Source: Octopus sinensis (Eukaryota). From it: a stretch of DNA of 64,000 nucleotides. Made by a program: the position numbers and the translations under genes. Positions within the stretch are counted from its first letter, which is position 1, and every line of letters starts with the position of its first letter. The notes under the pieces were generated by a model. The model was not told the origin of the DNA, searched no databases, and saw nothing but the letters and a program-made list of their open reading frames with translations. The stretch lies in assembly GCF_006345805.1 (NCBI RefSeq), contig NW_021836179.1, positions 219,415-283,414 of the forward strand, written 5' to 3'. This document shows positions 9,941 to 23,500 of this stretch, piece after piece.

Positions 9941-12531
9941 CACACCTATACACACATAGAAATGTATATACACACAGACATGTATGTATGTGTATATCCA
10001 TCTATATATACATACATACATAAAGATGTATACACACACACACACACACGAGGAGGCAATGCCGACTACTCCCGGATATATTATAAGTATCCTCTTAACT
10101 GTTGCCATATCTTCATTGCTGTTCGAGCGAAGCAGACTCACAGAATATTTCTGAGACAGAAAGACTTCAAGCCAGTATCAAAACCCAATAACCAGCCCTG
10201 GTAAATAATATTCTTCTTCTATTTATTTAACACACAATTTACCACCACATTTACATTGCTAAACATTCATTAGACTTATTTCAAACATAAATATACTGTT
10301 ATATAGAAATCGTTTTATTTGCACACACCATTTTATAGACTAAACATTGTTTAAACATTTTGCAGTGTCACATCACAAGTAAAACCTTTCATTTCCAGAA
10401 TATAAAGTATGGTCGTGTTATAACTATGTCAAAACTATTTGATGGAAATGTTCATCTAAGGATACATCATTTTACGTAGTTTAAAGTGGATTTCTAAGTC
10501 TCAAGTGAAATTTAAAATTTGCAAATTAATTTCATGGCAGATAAATTAATTGGCTGTTTTTCATAAACTTAATATTTTAAAAGCTTTGTTGAGGGAGAAG
10601 GGCCTTGCATACGGCCCTTTCATTTTCCAGGGTCTCTGACAGGGATGAGTGGGAGAAACACATTCTCAAAACAAGGGGCCTAATGTGAATGCAGACAAAA
10701 GAGAAATCCTCTGCTAAAAGCAGCTCAGGGGCCAGCTTTTGGTGATAGATTTAGTCTGCAACATAGGGTGGCCACAATGGGATTTGAACTCAGTTCATAA
10801 AGAACCACATTACCTACTGGAAGGCATCGTGTCCAGTATTTAATTCTACCACCTCAAACTAGTATTTAAATTATTGACCCCTGCATAATAAAAGTCAAAG
10901 TTGACCATGCCAGAATTTGAACCCAGAACACAAAGTGTCAGTACTAATACCATTCTAACGACTCTACTAATTGAAATGTTTTTAACTGATTTTTTGATTT
11001 TAATATTAAACTTTGTATATAAATGGAATTGTTCTGGTGATTTCATTTCTATTTTATATCTTGAAGCAAACAAGAAGAATTGTTTAAATATTAAACAATT
11101 TGGTGACAACATATATTTTCTCTCTCAGCACATCTTTATCCTACATCAACATTTTAATGTGCAATGCATTAAATATGTTTTCTCACCATCTTCGATATTA
11201 TTTACCAGATGGATGGCTTCTGAGAATTACTTCACATTGTCTGCATTTATTATAAATTCTTACAAACTAACAACAAAGTCCCTAAAATGCCCCTAAAAAC
11301 ATATTCAATCATGACAACTTATGGGAGGGTCATGGTTAGAGAGTTTTTGACTATAGCATTGCTAGACAAGAATTAACTTTCAGTTAAAAATCAAAAATGG
11401 AAATCATAGTTTTAATATATTTTAAACAAATGTATTTCTTTTATTTTAAATATATTTACTGTTTATAAAAATAATTTTAATGTTTCAATATTTCAACTTT
11501 ATAAATTGTATTTTGGAATTATAAAAGTTAAACATCCTATTAAATTTAAAAAGATTGTATTTTTAATATATTTTTATAAATTACATTTAAATATTGTATT
11601 TTTAATAATAATAATCTATGTTATAAATTTGTATATTTCTTCAAGTTAACCAAGAGAATTGTCTAAAAATTAAACAATTCCAAGGTAACATCAGATATAC
11701 CAACGAACATGCACCTGTGTATAATGTAATTAATCATTTGTTATTACCTGGCCAAGGTACGACCTGGTTATGTTTCTCTAATGATGCTCTCTCAAGCAAT
11801 AATATATTCATAGAAATCAAACAGTTAAACAAGTGAACTTATTCATGTAAAAGGGGTCAGTTGGCAAAGGCATTCACACATTTTACTAAATGACTGTTTC
11901 CAGTATCTGCTCTGGTGGCCTGAGTTCAATACCTAGTGAGGTCAGCTTTACTTTATATTATGATTGATAAAGAACCAGTCAAGTACTGGAGTGGATTTGT
12001 CATCATTGTTGTTCTTCTTCCTCTTCAACCACTTCTTTCTTTCTATGTGCAAGATATTACGAAGGGGTTACACAAGTAGAGAGAAAGGCTCCTCCAGATT
12101 TCAAATCTCTTCAAGTCATTCTATATCTTATGTCATCTGGTTGACCACTTTTGATTTTAAATACAGCCAGAGAGGTCAGATCTTCTGATGCTGTTTTTCA
12201 ACTTATTTTCCATCAATGTAGACCCAGAGTTTATTTACATGCCTCCTCTTCATCCATTTCCTCCATCCTTCATCGTTCTTCTCTTTGTTTATATTATCAA
12301 GTCTGCAACAACTGTTGTAGTTGACCCTTCCACTTTTTTCAGCCGTTTAAGGCTCTGGTCTCAAAGACACTCATCTGGTCACTGCCACTGTGCTTCTGTT
12401 GTTGTTGTTGTTGTCAACACCAGCTCATTGGCCATTCCCAGCATCAGCTCTGCCACTATAAATCCGTATGGAGTCAGGATCCTTTGGTTTGTGAATCTGT
12501 GGTGTATATATATATATATATACACACACAC

Positions 12532-14515
12532 AGGAGTGGCTGTGTGGTAAGAAGCTTACTTCCCAACCACATAGTTCCGGGTTCAGTTCCACTGCGTGAT
12601 ACTTTGAGCAAGTGTTTACTATTATAGCCTCAGGCCAACCAAAGACTTGTGAGAGGATTTGGTAGACGGAAATGAAAGAAGCCCGATATCATCATCATCA
12701 TCATCATCGTTTAACGTCCGCTTTCCATGCTGTCATGGGTTGGACAATTTGAGTGAGGACTGGCGAACCAGATGGTTGCACCAGGTTCCAATCTCATCTG
12801 GCAGAGTTTCTATAGCTGGATGCCCTTCCTAATGCCAACCATTCCGAGAGTGTACTGGCTGCTTTTACGTTACACCGGCACAAGGGCCAGCCAGGCGAAA
12901 CTGGCAACGGCCAGGCTCAAATGGTGCCTTTTATGTGCCACCTGCACAGGAGCCAGTCCAGCAGCACTGGCAACGACCTCGCTCGAATCATTTTTTGCGC
13001 CACCAGCACAAGTGCCAATGAGGCAATGCTGGTAATGATCACACTCAAATGGTGCTTTTCATGTGCCACCAGCAAGGGAGCCAGACAGCTGCTTTGGCAA
13101 TGATCACACTCGGATGGTGCTGTTAGCGCTTCACTGGCACGGGTGCCAGTCATCGAATTTGGTTCAATTTTGATATATATATATTTATATATTTAAGGCG
13201 GCGAGCTGGCAGAGTGGTTAGCACGCCGGGCGAAATGCGTAGCCGTATTTCGTCTGTCGTTATGTTCCGAGTTCAAATTCCACCGAGGTCGACTTTGCCT
13301 TCATTCTTTCGGGGTCGATGAATTAAGTACCAGTTACGCACTGAGGTCGATATAATCGACATAATCTCTTTGTCTGTCCTTGTTTGTCCCCTCTATGTTT
13401 AGCCCCTTGTGGGTAGTAAAGAAATATATATTTATATTATATATAAATGTGTGTATATGTTTGTGTTTATGTTTGTCCCCCAGCTTCGCTTGACAACCGA
13501 TTTTGATGTGTTTGCGTCCCTGTATCTTAGCGATTGGCAAAAGAGACTGATAGAATAAGTATTGGGCATACCAAAGAATAAGAACTGGGGTCCATTTATA
13601 TTTAACTACAGGCGGTGCTCCAGCATGGCTGCAGTCAATTGACTGAAACAAATAAAGGAATACAATATATACATTATATATATATATATATATATACATA
13701 TGCATACATAACATATATATATATTATGAGAGACACATAAAGGGGAATGGTAATGTGGGAGGTGACAAGAATTAGAAGCAGTGGGGCAAGGGCAGAAGAG
13801 TGGCTGTGTGGTAAGAAGCATGCTCGCCAACCACATGTCTCTGGGTTCAGTCCCATTGCATGGCACATTGGGAAAATCAAAACCTTGTGAGTGGATCTGT
13901 TAGACGGAAACTGAAAGAAGCCTGTCATATATATTTATGTGTCTCTGTTTGTCCCACCAACAGAGCTTGACAACCAATATTGGTTTGATTACATCCCCGT
14001 AACTTAGCAATTTGGCTAAAGAGACCAATAGAATAAGTATTGGTCTTAGAAAGAATAAGTCCTGAGGTTGATTTGTTTGACTAAAGGCAGTGCTCCAGCA
14101 TGGCCACACTCAAATGACTGAAGCAAGTACAAGAATAAAAGAATATATATATATATATATATATACACGTGGCCTTACTTGTGCCCGGGCTAGTAGGGTG
14201 CTAAGAGCATCATCCAAGCGTGATCGTTGCCAGAGTGGTTGACTGGCTTCCGTGCCAGTGGCACGTAAAAGACACCATTCGAGCGAGGTCGTTGCCAGTA
14301 CCGCCTGACTGGCCCTCCTGCCGGTGGCACGTAAAATGCACCCACTACACTCTCGGAGTGGATGACGTTAGGAAGGGCATCCAGCTGTAGAAACTCTGCC
14401 AGATCAACATTGGAGCCTGGTGCAGCCATCTGGTTTGCTAGCCATCAGTCAAAATCGTCCAACCCATGCTAGCATGGAAGGCAGACGTTAAACGATGATG
14501 ATGATGATGATGATA
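12532..14515. mobile_element. Cluster of S2 head (12532-12685), RTE 3' end (-, 12690-13170), S1 (13198-13425), S2 pieces (13450-14145) and RTE 3' end (+, 14165-14515)
   Basis: Each piece matches families seen elsewhere in the window. Confidence 0.75.
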
Positions 14516-14744
14516 CATAATACATATATATATTATATATATACATATATATATATATACACATACACACATAATATATATATATGTTTATGTAAAAGAA
14601 GGGAAATGAAATGTTGAAGTTGATATTTAAAAGGAGACAGTGAATGAGAGAGAGAGATGAAAGTAAAAGGGGACATATGAAGGATATAAAATAGGAAAAG
14701 TATGGTTGTTGTTGTTATTGTTTATTATGATGATGATGATGATG

Positions 14745-15440
14745 TAGGTGGTGAGCTGGCAGAACAGTTAGCATGCTGGGCAAAATGCTTGGCAGCATTT
14801 TGGTTGTCTTTACGTTCTGAGTTCAAATATTGCCGATGTCAACTTCCATTCTTTCAGGGTCGATAAAATAAGTACCTTTCGAGTTCTGGGGTCGCTGTAA
14901 TCAACTTACCTGCTCCCCTGAAACTGCTGACCTTGTGCTAAAATCTGAAGCCATTCTTATTATTATTAATATTATTATTACTCGTTTGCCGCTACAGTCT
15001 GAGTTCAAATTCCACCAAAGTCGACTTTGCCTTTCTTCCTCTCGGGGTCAATTCAATAAGTACCAGTTACACACTGGAGTTGTGCAACTGGTACTTATTC
15101 CACCAAATTCCACAAGGTTGACTTTACCTCTCATCCTTTTCTGATTGATAAAATAAGAACCAGATAGGGGCTGGGTCTGATGTAATCAACTAGTCCCCTC
15201 ACCCGAAATTTCAGGCCTTCTTCCTATAGTAACAAAGGATTATTATTATTATTATTATTACTGTGACGAGCTGGCAGAATTATGTGGATGCAAAGCAGAA
15301 TTTTGACCATCTTTACATTCTGAGTTCAAATTCCACCAAGGTTGACTTCGCCTTTCATCCTTTAGGGATTGATGAATTAAGTTCTAGCTGAGTACTGGGG
15401 CCCCCCTTCCTTGAAATTGCTGGCCTTGTGCCAAAATTCA
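14745..15440 (+). mobile_element. Three older, diverged S1-like SINEs with (ATT)n tails
   Basis: GAGCTGGCAG heads, GAGTTCAAATTCCACC cores and (ATT)n tails. Confidence 0.6.
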
Positions 15441-15924
15441 AAATCACTTTTATTATAATAGAAATATCGTAAAAAATAGGGATTTTCATAGAAGGCTAAC
15501 AAACCTGCCATACACAGACAACTTCAGCTTTAATATAGAGAGATAATTAGGGTTCAGCTAACAGCTTCACCACATCCCGAAATTAGAAATGGGAGTTAAA
15601 AATTCCTTTTCTACTACTATAAGAATCTCCATGACGGTAAACATACTTTTTACGAAGGCAAAGAGAAAGACAATGAATCAACATGACCAGAATTAATTAT
15701 ATTCGTGTTTCGAGATTAAAGTAATTTGAATTTTACTTACTTCTCTCTTCAGTATAATATTTCCAATTTTTATACAGTTTCAAAGTGCTATGACTGAATA
15801 TGTACACAATCGAGCCTAATTATAATTAAATGGATAATTTTACCTATAAAGGTAATTTTAACGTACCGATTGACTTAGTAAAATTGTTAATTAATTAATT
15901 AATTAAATAATTAATTAAATTACT

Positions 15925-16280
15925 GTGCTAGTTGGGTGCAAAGAGCACCATACGAGTGTGATCGCTGACAGAGCGGCTAACCGGCTTCTTTGCCAGTGGC
16001 ACATAAAAGACACCATTCAAGTGTGATCGTTACCAGCGTTGGCTTACTGGCACTCGAGCCCCGTGCTAGTAGGGTGTTAAGGGCACCATCCGAGCATGAT
16101 CGTTGCCAGAGCGGCTATCTGGCCTCCATGCCGATGGCACGTAAAACACACCATTCGAGTGTGATCGTTACAGCATTGCCTTACTGGCACCTATACCAGT
16201 GGCATGTGTAAAAGATTCGAGCGAGGTCATTGCCAGTACTGCCTGACTGTCCCCATGCCAGTGGCACGTAAAAGCACCCA
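15925..16280 (+). mobile_element. RTE-type 3' UTR fragment with internal GTGGCACGTAAAA repeats
   Basis: Same repeated motif as the other RTE 3' ends. Confidence 0.65.
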
Positions 16281-17600
16281 CTACAGTTAGGTGCTGGGGT
16301 TGATGTAATCGACTAGACCCCACACCCAAAATTTCAGGCCTTGTGCCTATAGTAGAAAGGATTATTATTATTATTATTATCTTCAAATTATCACCAAAAA
16401 AAGATGGGGGCATGGCTGTAAGGTTAAGGAATTCACTTTGCAATCTTGTGGTTTCAGGTTCAGTCCCACTTTGCAGCACCTTAAAGAATTAATTTCTTCT
16501 AATGTTCCAGGTTGACTTAAGCCTTGTGAGTGGGTTTCGTACCTGGAACTGATAAAGCCTATGGTATATACATGTGGGTGTATATTCATGTATGCATATC
16601 TACATTTGTACTTATATGTGTATGCATTTATGTGTGTGTGTGTGTGCGTGCGTATGTCTGCTCATTCTCCTTGTTTTGACATCTGCTGCTAATTATAAAC
16701 AAATGTCACGTCAAACAAACAGAGTCGTTTGTTTGCAGTGTTCCACCAGAAAACATATCCAACCATTGTGCTGTTCATGTTGGAAGAACTTGGGGAAATA
16801 TTCTCTTGCTTGAAGCCAGCTGAAGATTGGTGACTCTCATCAAGTGTAGTCATAGACTTGACTGAGTGGAACTCACAAGAACCTGGCAAGAAACAAAACA
16901 AAATTATTAGAAGGAAAATACAGAAAAGAAAATACACCACCTGATGTATTATAAAGGTTTTGACATCCATTTTCCCTAACTGGCATGGGTAGGACAGTTG
17001 ACGAGGAAGCAGTGAACCAGAGGACATTGCTGAGCTCCAATGAAGATTTGGCAAGATTTCTACAGCTGGATGATCTTCTTAACACCAGATACACACATAC
17101 ACGTGTGTGTGTGTGTTATGCATGCATAAGAGTATATGAATGAATAAACATGGGTTTACTTATGTTTGATTGCACATCTGACTTTGTATGCTAGCATGGG
17201 TTAGATGAATATATTATTGTAGCCTTGTTTTACAGACAGACAGCCTTCCTATTGCTCACCCAAAACCATCTTGCAAGAACAAAAGTTCTTATTTCCCATG
17301 TCTTCCAAGGTGGGGGTGATTGGTTGACAGATGTTTCTGCTTGGAGCAACTTAAAAGAGATTGCAAACATAAACAAATGCACAGACACCTATGCGCACAC
17401 ACACTCAGCTCAAGTTCACTGCTTCCTGTAGCAGAAACAGCTGGAAGCTAATGAAGGTGTCTACGTAACTCTTGTTCTTTTGTCATTCATTGATTCATAG
17501 CTAAAACATACATGGACACAAATATTTATACATGGGTATGTGAAGGTATATTCATATAGTTTCACACGTGCATTTATGTATATGTGTATGTATGTATATA

Positions 17601-18982
17601 TCATCATCATGATCATTTAATGTCCTCTTTCCATGCTAGCATGGGTTGGGCTGATTGACTGAAGGCTGGTGAACCAGATGGTTGCACCAGGCTTCAATCT
17701 TGATCTGGCAGAGTTTCTACAGCTGGATGCTTTTCCTAACGCCAACCACTCTGAGAGTGTAGTGGGTGCTTTTACGTGTCACCGGCACGGGGCCAGTCAC
17801 GCGATACTGGTAATGACCTTGCTCAAATCTTTTACACGTGCCAGTAACGCAATGCTGGTAACTATCAAGCTCGAATCGCGACTTTTATGTGCCACTGGCA
17901 CGGAAGCCGGTTAGCCACTCTGTCAACGATCACACTCGTATGGTGCTCTTTGCTCCTCGCTAGCACAGATGCCAGTCATCGGATTTGATTTTGATTTCAC
18001 TTGCATCAACATGTCTTCGCAAGCAGAGTTTTAGTGTCCAAAGAAGGAAAAGGTATGCTAAATAAGTGGCTGGTTACACCCCTTGCATAGACCACGAGGT
18101 TATGTTCTCATGTGGCTTGCCGAGTCTTCTCATGAACGGCATATTTCCAAAGTGTCTGTCACTATTTTTCCCTTGGTGAGGCCTAAAGTTCGAAGGTCAT
18201 GCTTCACCACTTCATCCCAGGTTTTCTGGGTCTACCTGTTCCACAGGTTCCCTCAACCTCTAGGGTGTGGCACTTTTTCACACAGCTATCCTCATCCATT
18301 CTTGCAACATGACCATAACCAGTGCAGTCGTCTTTTGCACACCCCATCTGCTGCTTCTTAGGTCCCAACTTTTCTCTCAAGGTACTTACACTCTGTGTCG
18401 AGTATGCACACTGACATTACACATCCATCGGTGCATACTGGTTTCATTCCTTGCGAGCTTACGCATGTCTTCAGCAGTCACAGCCCATGTTTCACTGCCA
18501 TGTAGCATGGCTGTTCGTACACATGTGACATACTGTCTACCTTTTACTCTGAGTGAGAGGCCCTTTGTCACAAGCAGAGGTAAGAGCTCTCTGAACTTTG
18601 CCCAAGCTACTCTTATTCTAGCAGCTACACTTTCAGCGCACCCTCCCCTGCTACTGACTTGGTCACCTAGGTAATGGAAGCCATCAACTACTTCTAGTTT
18701 TTCTCCCTGGAATGTGGCGGAAGTTGATCTCTGCACATTTTCAGTATTTATAGCTCCCGAGCATCTGTCACACACAAAAACTATCTTCCCAGTTAGCCTT
18801 CCTTTGATATTGCTGCACCTCTTATGTGCCATAGCTTACACTGGGTACATCTTAGATTTTCTTCTTCTACCTAAACCTCTACTACAGATCGCAGGGTCAT
18901 CTACCTGAGGGATTTGTGGTTTGTTGCCTTCCCACTTTTAGGATTTTGGTGTTTTAGCTAGGTTGACTCTAAGGCCCTTTGA
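17601..18982 (-). mobile_element. 5'-truncated RTE-clade LINE: degenerate RT C-terminus plus 3' UTR and (GAT)n tail
   Basis: Minus-strand peptides SKGLRVNLAK and EKLEVVDGFHYLGD...ARIRVAWAKFRELLPLL...GSETWA are typical of RTE ORF2; frameshifted. Confidence 0.85.
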
Positions 18983-20523
18983 TAATATATATATATATAT
19001 ATATTATATTTAGCAGAAGTAACAAAGTGACCAAAATTCGAAAGTTTCGTTAATTAGCATTTATCAAACTGGTTCTTTGAAGGTATATTCCCAGACCTCC
19101 AAACACCACTTTGATGAGTGTCAAATTTCTTGGATCTTGAGTCCCTACTGTCACGCCCCTATCACCCCTACCTCTATCTTTCATCTCTCAATCACTCTCT
19201 CTTCTTCTTTTTACTCTACTATCTTACTGCTGTGACAAAGATTGGCAGTAAATCTCTTCTCTTCACCATTCTTCCAATGCAACTAGGGATGTTACTGGAC
19301 CCACCTGAGTCTCTCCCCAAAACTCAGCCACTCCTTTTCATATTATACATATATATGTATGTGATCCTGAAGAAGGTCTCTTTTATTTTTCATTCCTCCT
19401 GGGGTCAATAGAGTAACAGTCTATTGATCCCAGGAGCGGTGGAGGATCATTCTGATGATGATGGTCACCAGAATGTCATTAAACACCCCCACCAATATTT
19501 CCTAATCCACCTCATTGAACCCCCAATACTTCATAATAAACTACACCAGTTATAACTCCTCACCTAATACAACACAAAACACACTTCACCTGCCAAACCC
19601 CTTTTTCATACAAACACATCTTTCTCATTGCTACCCAAACATCGTCTCTGAATTAAATATAATTAAGAAGAACCTACCTTTCATTAATGGGCTTATTCAT
19701 TAACCAATCTTTATGATCTCAATCAGCGACAAATAATAACGATCCTCTCAACATGCTGTCTATCAGTGTATTATATGAAAGCCCACCTTTGGATAAGCTT
19801 TCCGAGTTAATCAATGTTGTGTATGATAATTGTGTGGATTATATTGAAATGTCGAGAGATTTACAGCATTTGTCAGGTTAAGAACAGTTTCATCTCCAGC
19901 TTTATTGGTATCTGTAAATCCAGGTAAATATGATGGAAACCAAGCCAACCATGACTGTCCATCATTTTCAGTACATATAATCATTAGTAATACTTATATT
20001 CCATCTAACTAGCAAAATGTTCAGTCTGTCTTGTATCTGACAAATGTCTATGAAACATAATAAAGTCTATGTTTTGCTAATTGTTCCATGTTAACGAAGT
20101 TTGAACATGATTGCTGTGTGTTGGGACATAATATAGCATGTATACCAATTAAAGTTAATTTTCTCTACGCTTAGAGTCTCGTTATTGAGTGCTTTTGGAA
20201 CAGGGAATCTCTTTGACTAATTATCGTTAAATAAATCTAAGCCACACATGACTATTTCTTTGTGATGTTGAGAGCAAATATCATTTCCAGTGAAAATAAT
20301 TATTTCTAATATTTCGACTCCATGTAATTAATGAAACTTATTAATACATCTTAGAATAGATTGTAATAAGTTGTTTAAATATTAATTAGACAGATTAATT
20401 CCCTGACAGAAATACATAAATGTTTTGTTTGTGTTTTTCAAATGATGAAGCAAACATCATCTCCCTGAAACTTAATATTTTCACAAAGCTAAATGTTTTC
20501 CTTATATTCTTTACAGATTCACT

Positions 20524-23500
20524 ATGGAAGACCAGACTGAAAATACTTTAAGGAAACTTATGCCTCAGAAATGGGCTTTGAGTTACTCAACACCAAAATG
20601 GGATGAAGAAGGAGTTGACAATAAAAGGGGTAAATACGAGGAAGATGATGGTTCAAGGAGAAGTGATGAAGGATATTGTAGTGTTAGTTCAGAGAGAGAA
20701 TCAGCAGTGAAGGCCATATCTGTGGCAAGACTCAACACACATGGAGACAAAGAAAGCACAAAAGAAACTGAAAAACAAATAGTTGTTAAAATACAGAGGA
20801 TTCGTCTTCAATATGATTGCAGCATGATGTTTATGGAGCATATAATTAAGGAGAGCAAACATTATGAAAGTCTGGGGTTAAGTGCCAATTGTATTTTAGA
20901 AAAGGTCAAAGAGAGACTTGGAATTTTGCTGAAATATACTAAAGAACAGAATATTTCTATTGAGCAGGACCTCGAATGGTTTCAACAAAGACTCTTTGAC
21001 ATTTATGTCACCTGTAACCCATACAACCACAAGACCATTGAACCAGCAAAAGTAACCACAAAATTTCGGCCGCTTCAGCCAGTTGTGACCAGAGAAGCAA
21101 ATATTGAGGAATCTGGAGAAGAATTTGAAGAAATCCCAATAATATCCAATATTGTCATCATAGAGGAGGGAGTGATGACATATTCCCACCTTTGTAAGAC
21201 AATAAGTTTAGTAACAAGAGACAGTGACAGAATTGATGTCCATTGTCCATCTTCTGTGACCAGTTTCACCAGAATCAGTGAAGACATGGTTCTGGCAACC
21301 CTCCCATTCCAAAAATGATTCTTATTATCAGCCCCAAAACCTTCAAGATCAAAAGGATACAGTTGGGGTTACATATGGTGAGTTACTTGGAAGATTCTAC
21401 ACTTATAGGTGTAGAAATGTTTGGTAAGATAGTTTACCAATTTGATTGGGAGGATAATACCATAAACTATCAATTTATTACCAAAGAAACCCCTACAGAT
21501 ATTGCTGTAGGGGTCCAGAATATACTTGTAATTACATTCGCCAGCATCAACAGAGTAATCTGTTACAAACTGGATGGCCAACAGTTATGGGAGGTAGAGA
21601 CCCATTCTCTGCACCTCCCAAGTAAAATCTCTCTCTACCAAAATTATTTCTATGTCCTCCAGGGACAAATAATTTATAGGATTTCAGCTAAAGGTGTGTA
21701 ACAAGGAGGGACATTGGCAGGAAATGCCGCTCTATTTCTGTTGGTAAAGATACCATTTTGGTTACAGATTATTGCAGCAAACCACATGGTATTCAAATGA
21801 GTAAAGACTTTTGGCCCAAACTGTCATACAACCACCAGCTACATACCCCCAGTTTAAAAGACTATATTGATATTGAGAATTGCTACAACATTACAAATAT
21901 TCTACCTATGTCTACATCTTCTATATTAATAATTTACAAAAACAAGAAAGCTAAATTATTCACTGATAACGGGGAAATAATTAACCAAAATAATTCAGTT
22001 TTCCTTGAGCTTCCTTCTTTCTGTTGTAGAATAAACGCAAACAGATTCCTGGTATTTTATCGTGAAAAGAAAGGATTTCAGTATATCACCTGTCCTGAAC
22101 TAAGAAAAGGCCCTTTAATAAAGGTGCAAACTGATTACATGAAAATATGTCATATTGTATCAAATAAGTGTCTGGCTGTGACCACAACTGAAAACAAAAG
22201 CGAGGTCCATATCCTCTTGATCAACGAAGATAAAGTTGACATTGCAGAAAGAATTTCTCTGGGACATCATAATGTCAGCATTGCTGCAACTCCAATTAAT
22301 TTTGTAGTCGTAGATGGAAACGAAAATAAAATGGTATTTTATTCCACATGTGGTGAAGAACTTTTTCAAAAATACCTTCCATTCTATGGCTACCCTCATC
22401 ACATCTACTCTGATAATGTTTATTTCTATGTCCTCTTCAGGAGACACTCTATTCTCATATGTTACGATCTACATGGACAAATAAAATGGCAGTGGGAACT
22501 GCCTTTCCCTGTTCACCCTCACATTGCTGTTTTCCAAGGAACTCTTTATGTCCCAGACACTCAACTCAACAGGGTTCTTCTTTACAAGTATCAAGACCGG
22601 TCATCTGCCTGCCTTTTACCCATTAAAAATCCTTATATCAGAAATCTAAATCTACGTCTCAAAGAAAAGGAGAATGACCAAAAACTTGTCATTGGCGAAA
22701 TATGTAATCTGGCCAATGGACAGTTGGTGGTATCTGACATCAACCATGATTGCTTGTTGTACATTTCTGAGGAAGGAGACATTGTGTCCAGATTATCTCT
22801 GCCGTCTACAGCCACAGATATATGTCGATGGGATTCTAATCATATAGGGGTCACATTACCCCTACAGAAACAATTAAGGGTCATTGGAAACCTATCAAAG
22901 AGAGTGAGAAGTGTATCATTAAGGCAGCCTTATGTACGGATGTGTAAGATGGGTGAAGGTGAAATTATTTGTTATTGTGATAAACCATCACATTTAGACA
23001 TTTTAGCCATCAATTATTATAATCAAGTCGAAGTAATTAAGACAATTAATATCCCTGTGTTTGTGAAATCATTATCAATAGACAAGAAAACAGAAAAGCT
23101 ATTAATTGTTACTAGGGAAAAAGCTTTTCAGTACAACACTAGAATAGGTGGTGGTGGTCATGGCGGTGATGGTAGTATTAGTAGTAGTGATGGTATGGTT
23201 TCCAGTGATTCAGAGACCAAAACAGAAGCTTTCTTCAAGGACATTAGTGGTGGTGGTCATGGCGGTCATCAGATGGTCCCCAGTGTTTTAATGTCCCAAG
23301 TGAAACGTCCCCTCAGTCTCCAAGGTGGATCTATTGACCAAACGTCTGTTTATCTGATAGACAGAAGCTGTATGTTTGCAATAAACGATCAGAACTTGTT
23401 GGTTACTGATCTCGTTACTAATAATCAACTTAATTATTATATCGACCTGGTGGATGTATTTTCCAGAAACATTTCTCTCAGTGAAATGTTGTCTTCCATT

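Noticed and set aside
9320-10205. Small candidate coding exons between SINEs (~9338-9398 and ~10140-10200)
   Set aside because: Splice-like dinucleotides exist, but the peptides resemble nothing I recognise and the strand is ambiguous.
19730-19850. Possible reverse-transcriptase remnant (DKLSELINVVYDN)
   Set aside because: Too short and degenerate to support without a profile search.
21305-21320. Programmed -1 ribosomal frameshift at CCAAAAATGA
   Set aside because: Not a canonical X XXY YYZ heptamer, no obvious stimulatory structure seen, and a second independent shift would also be needed.
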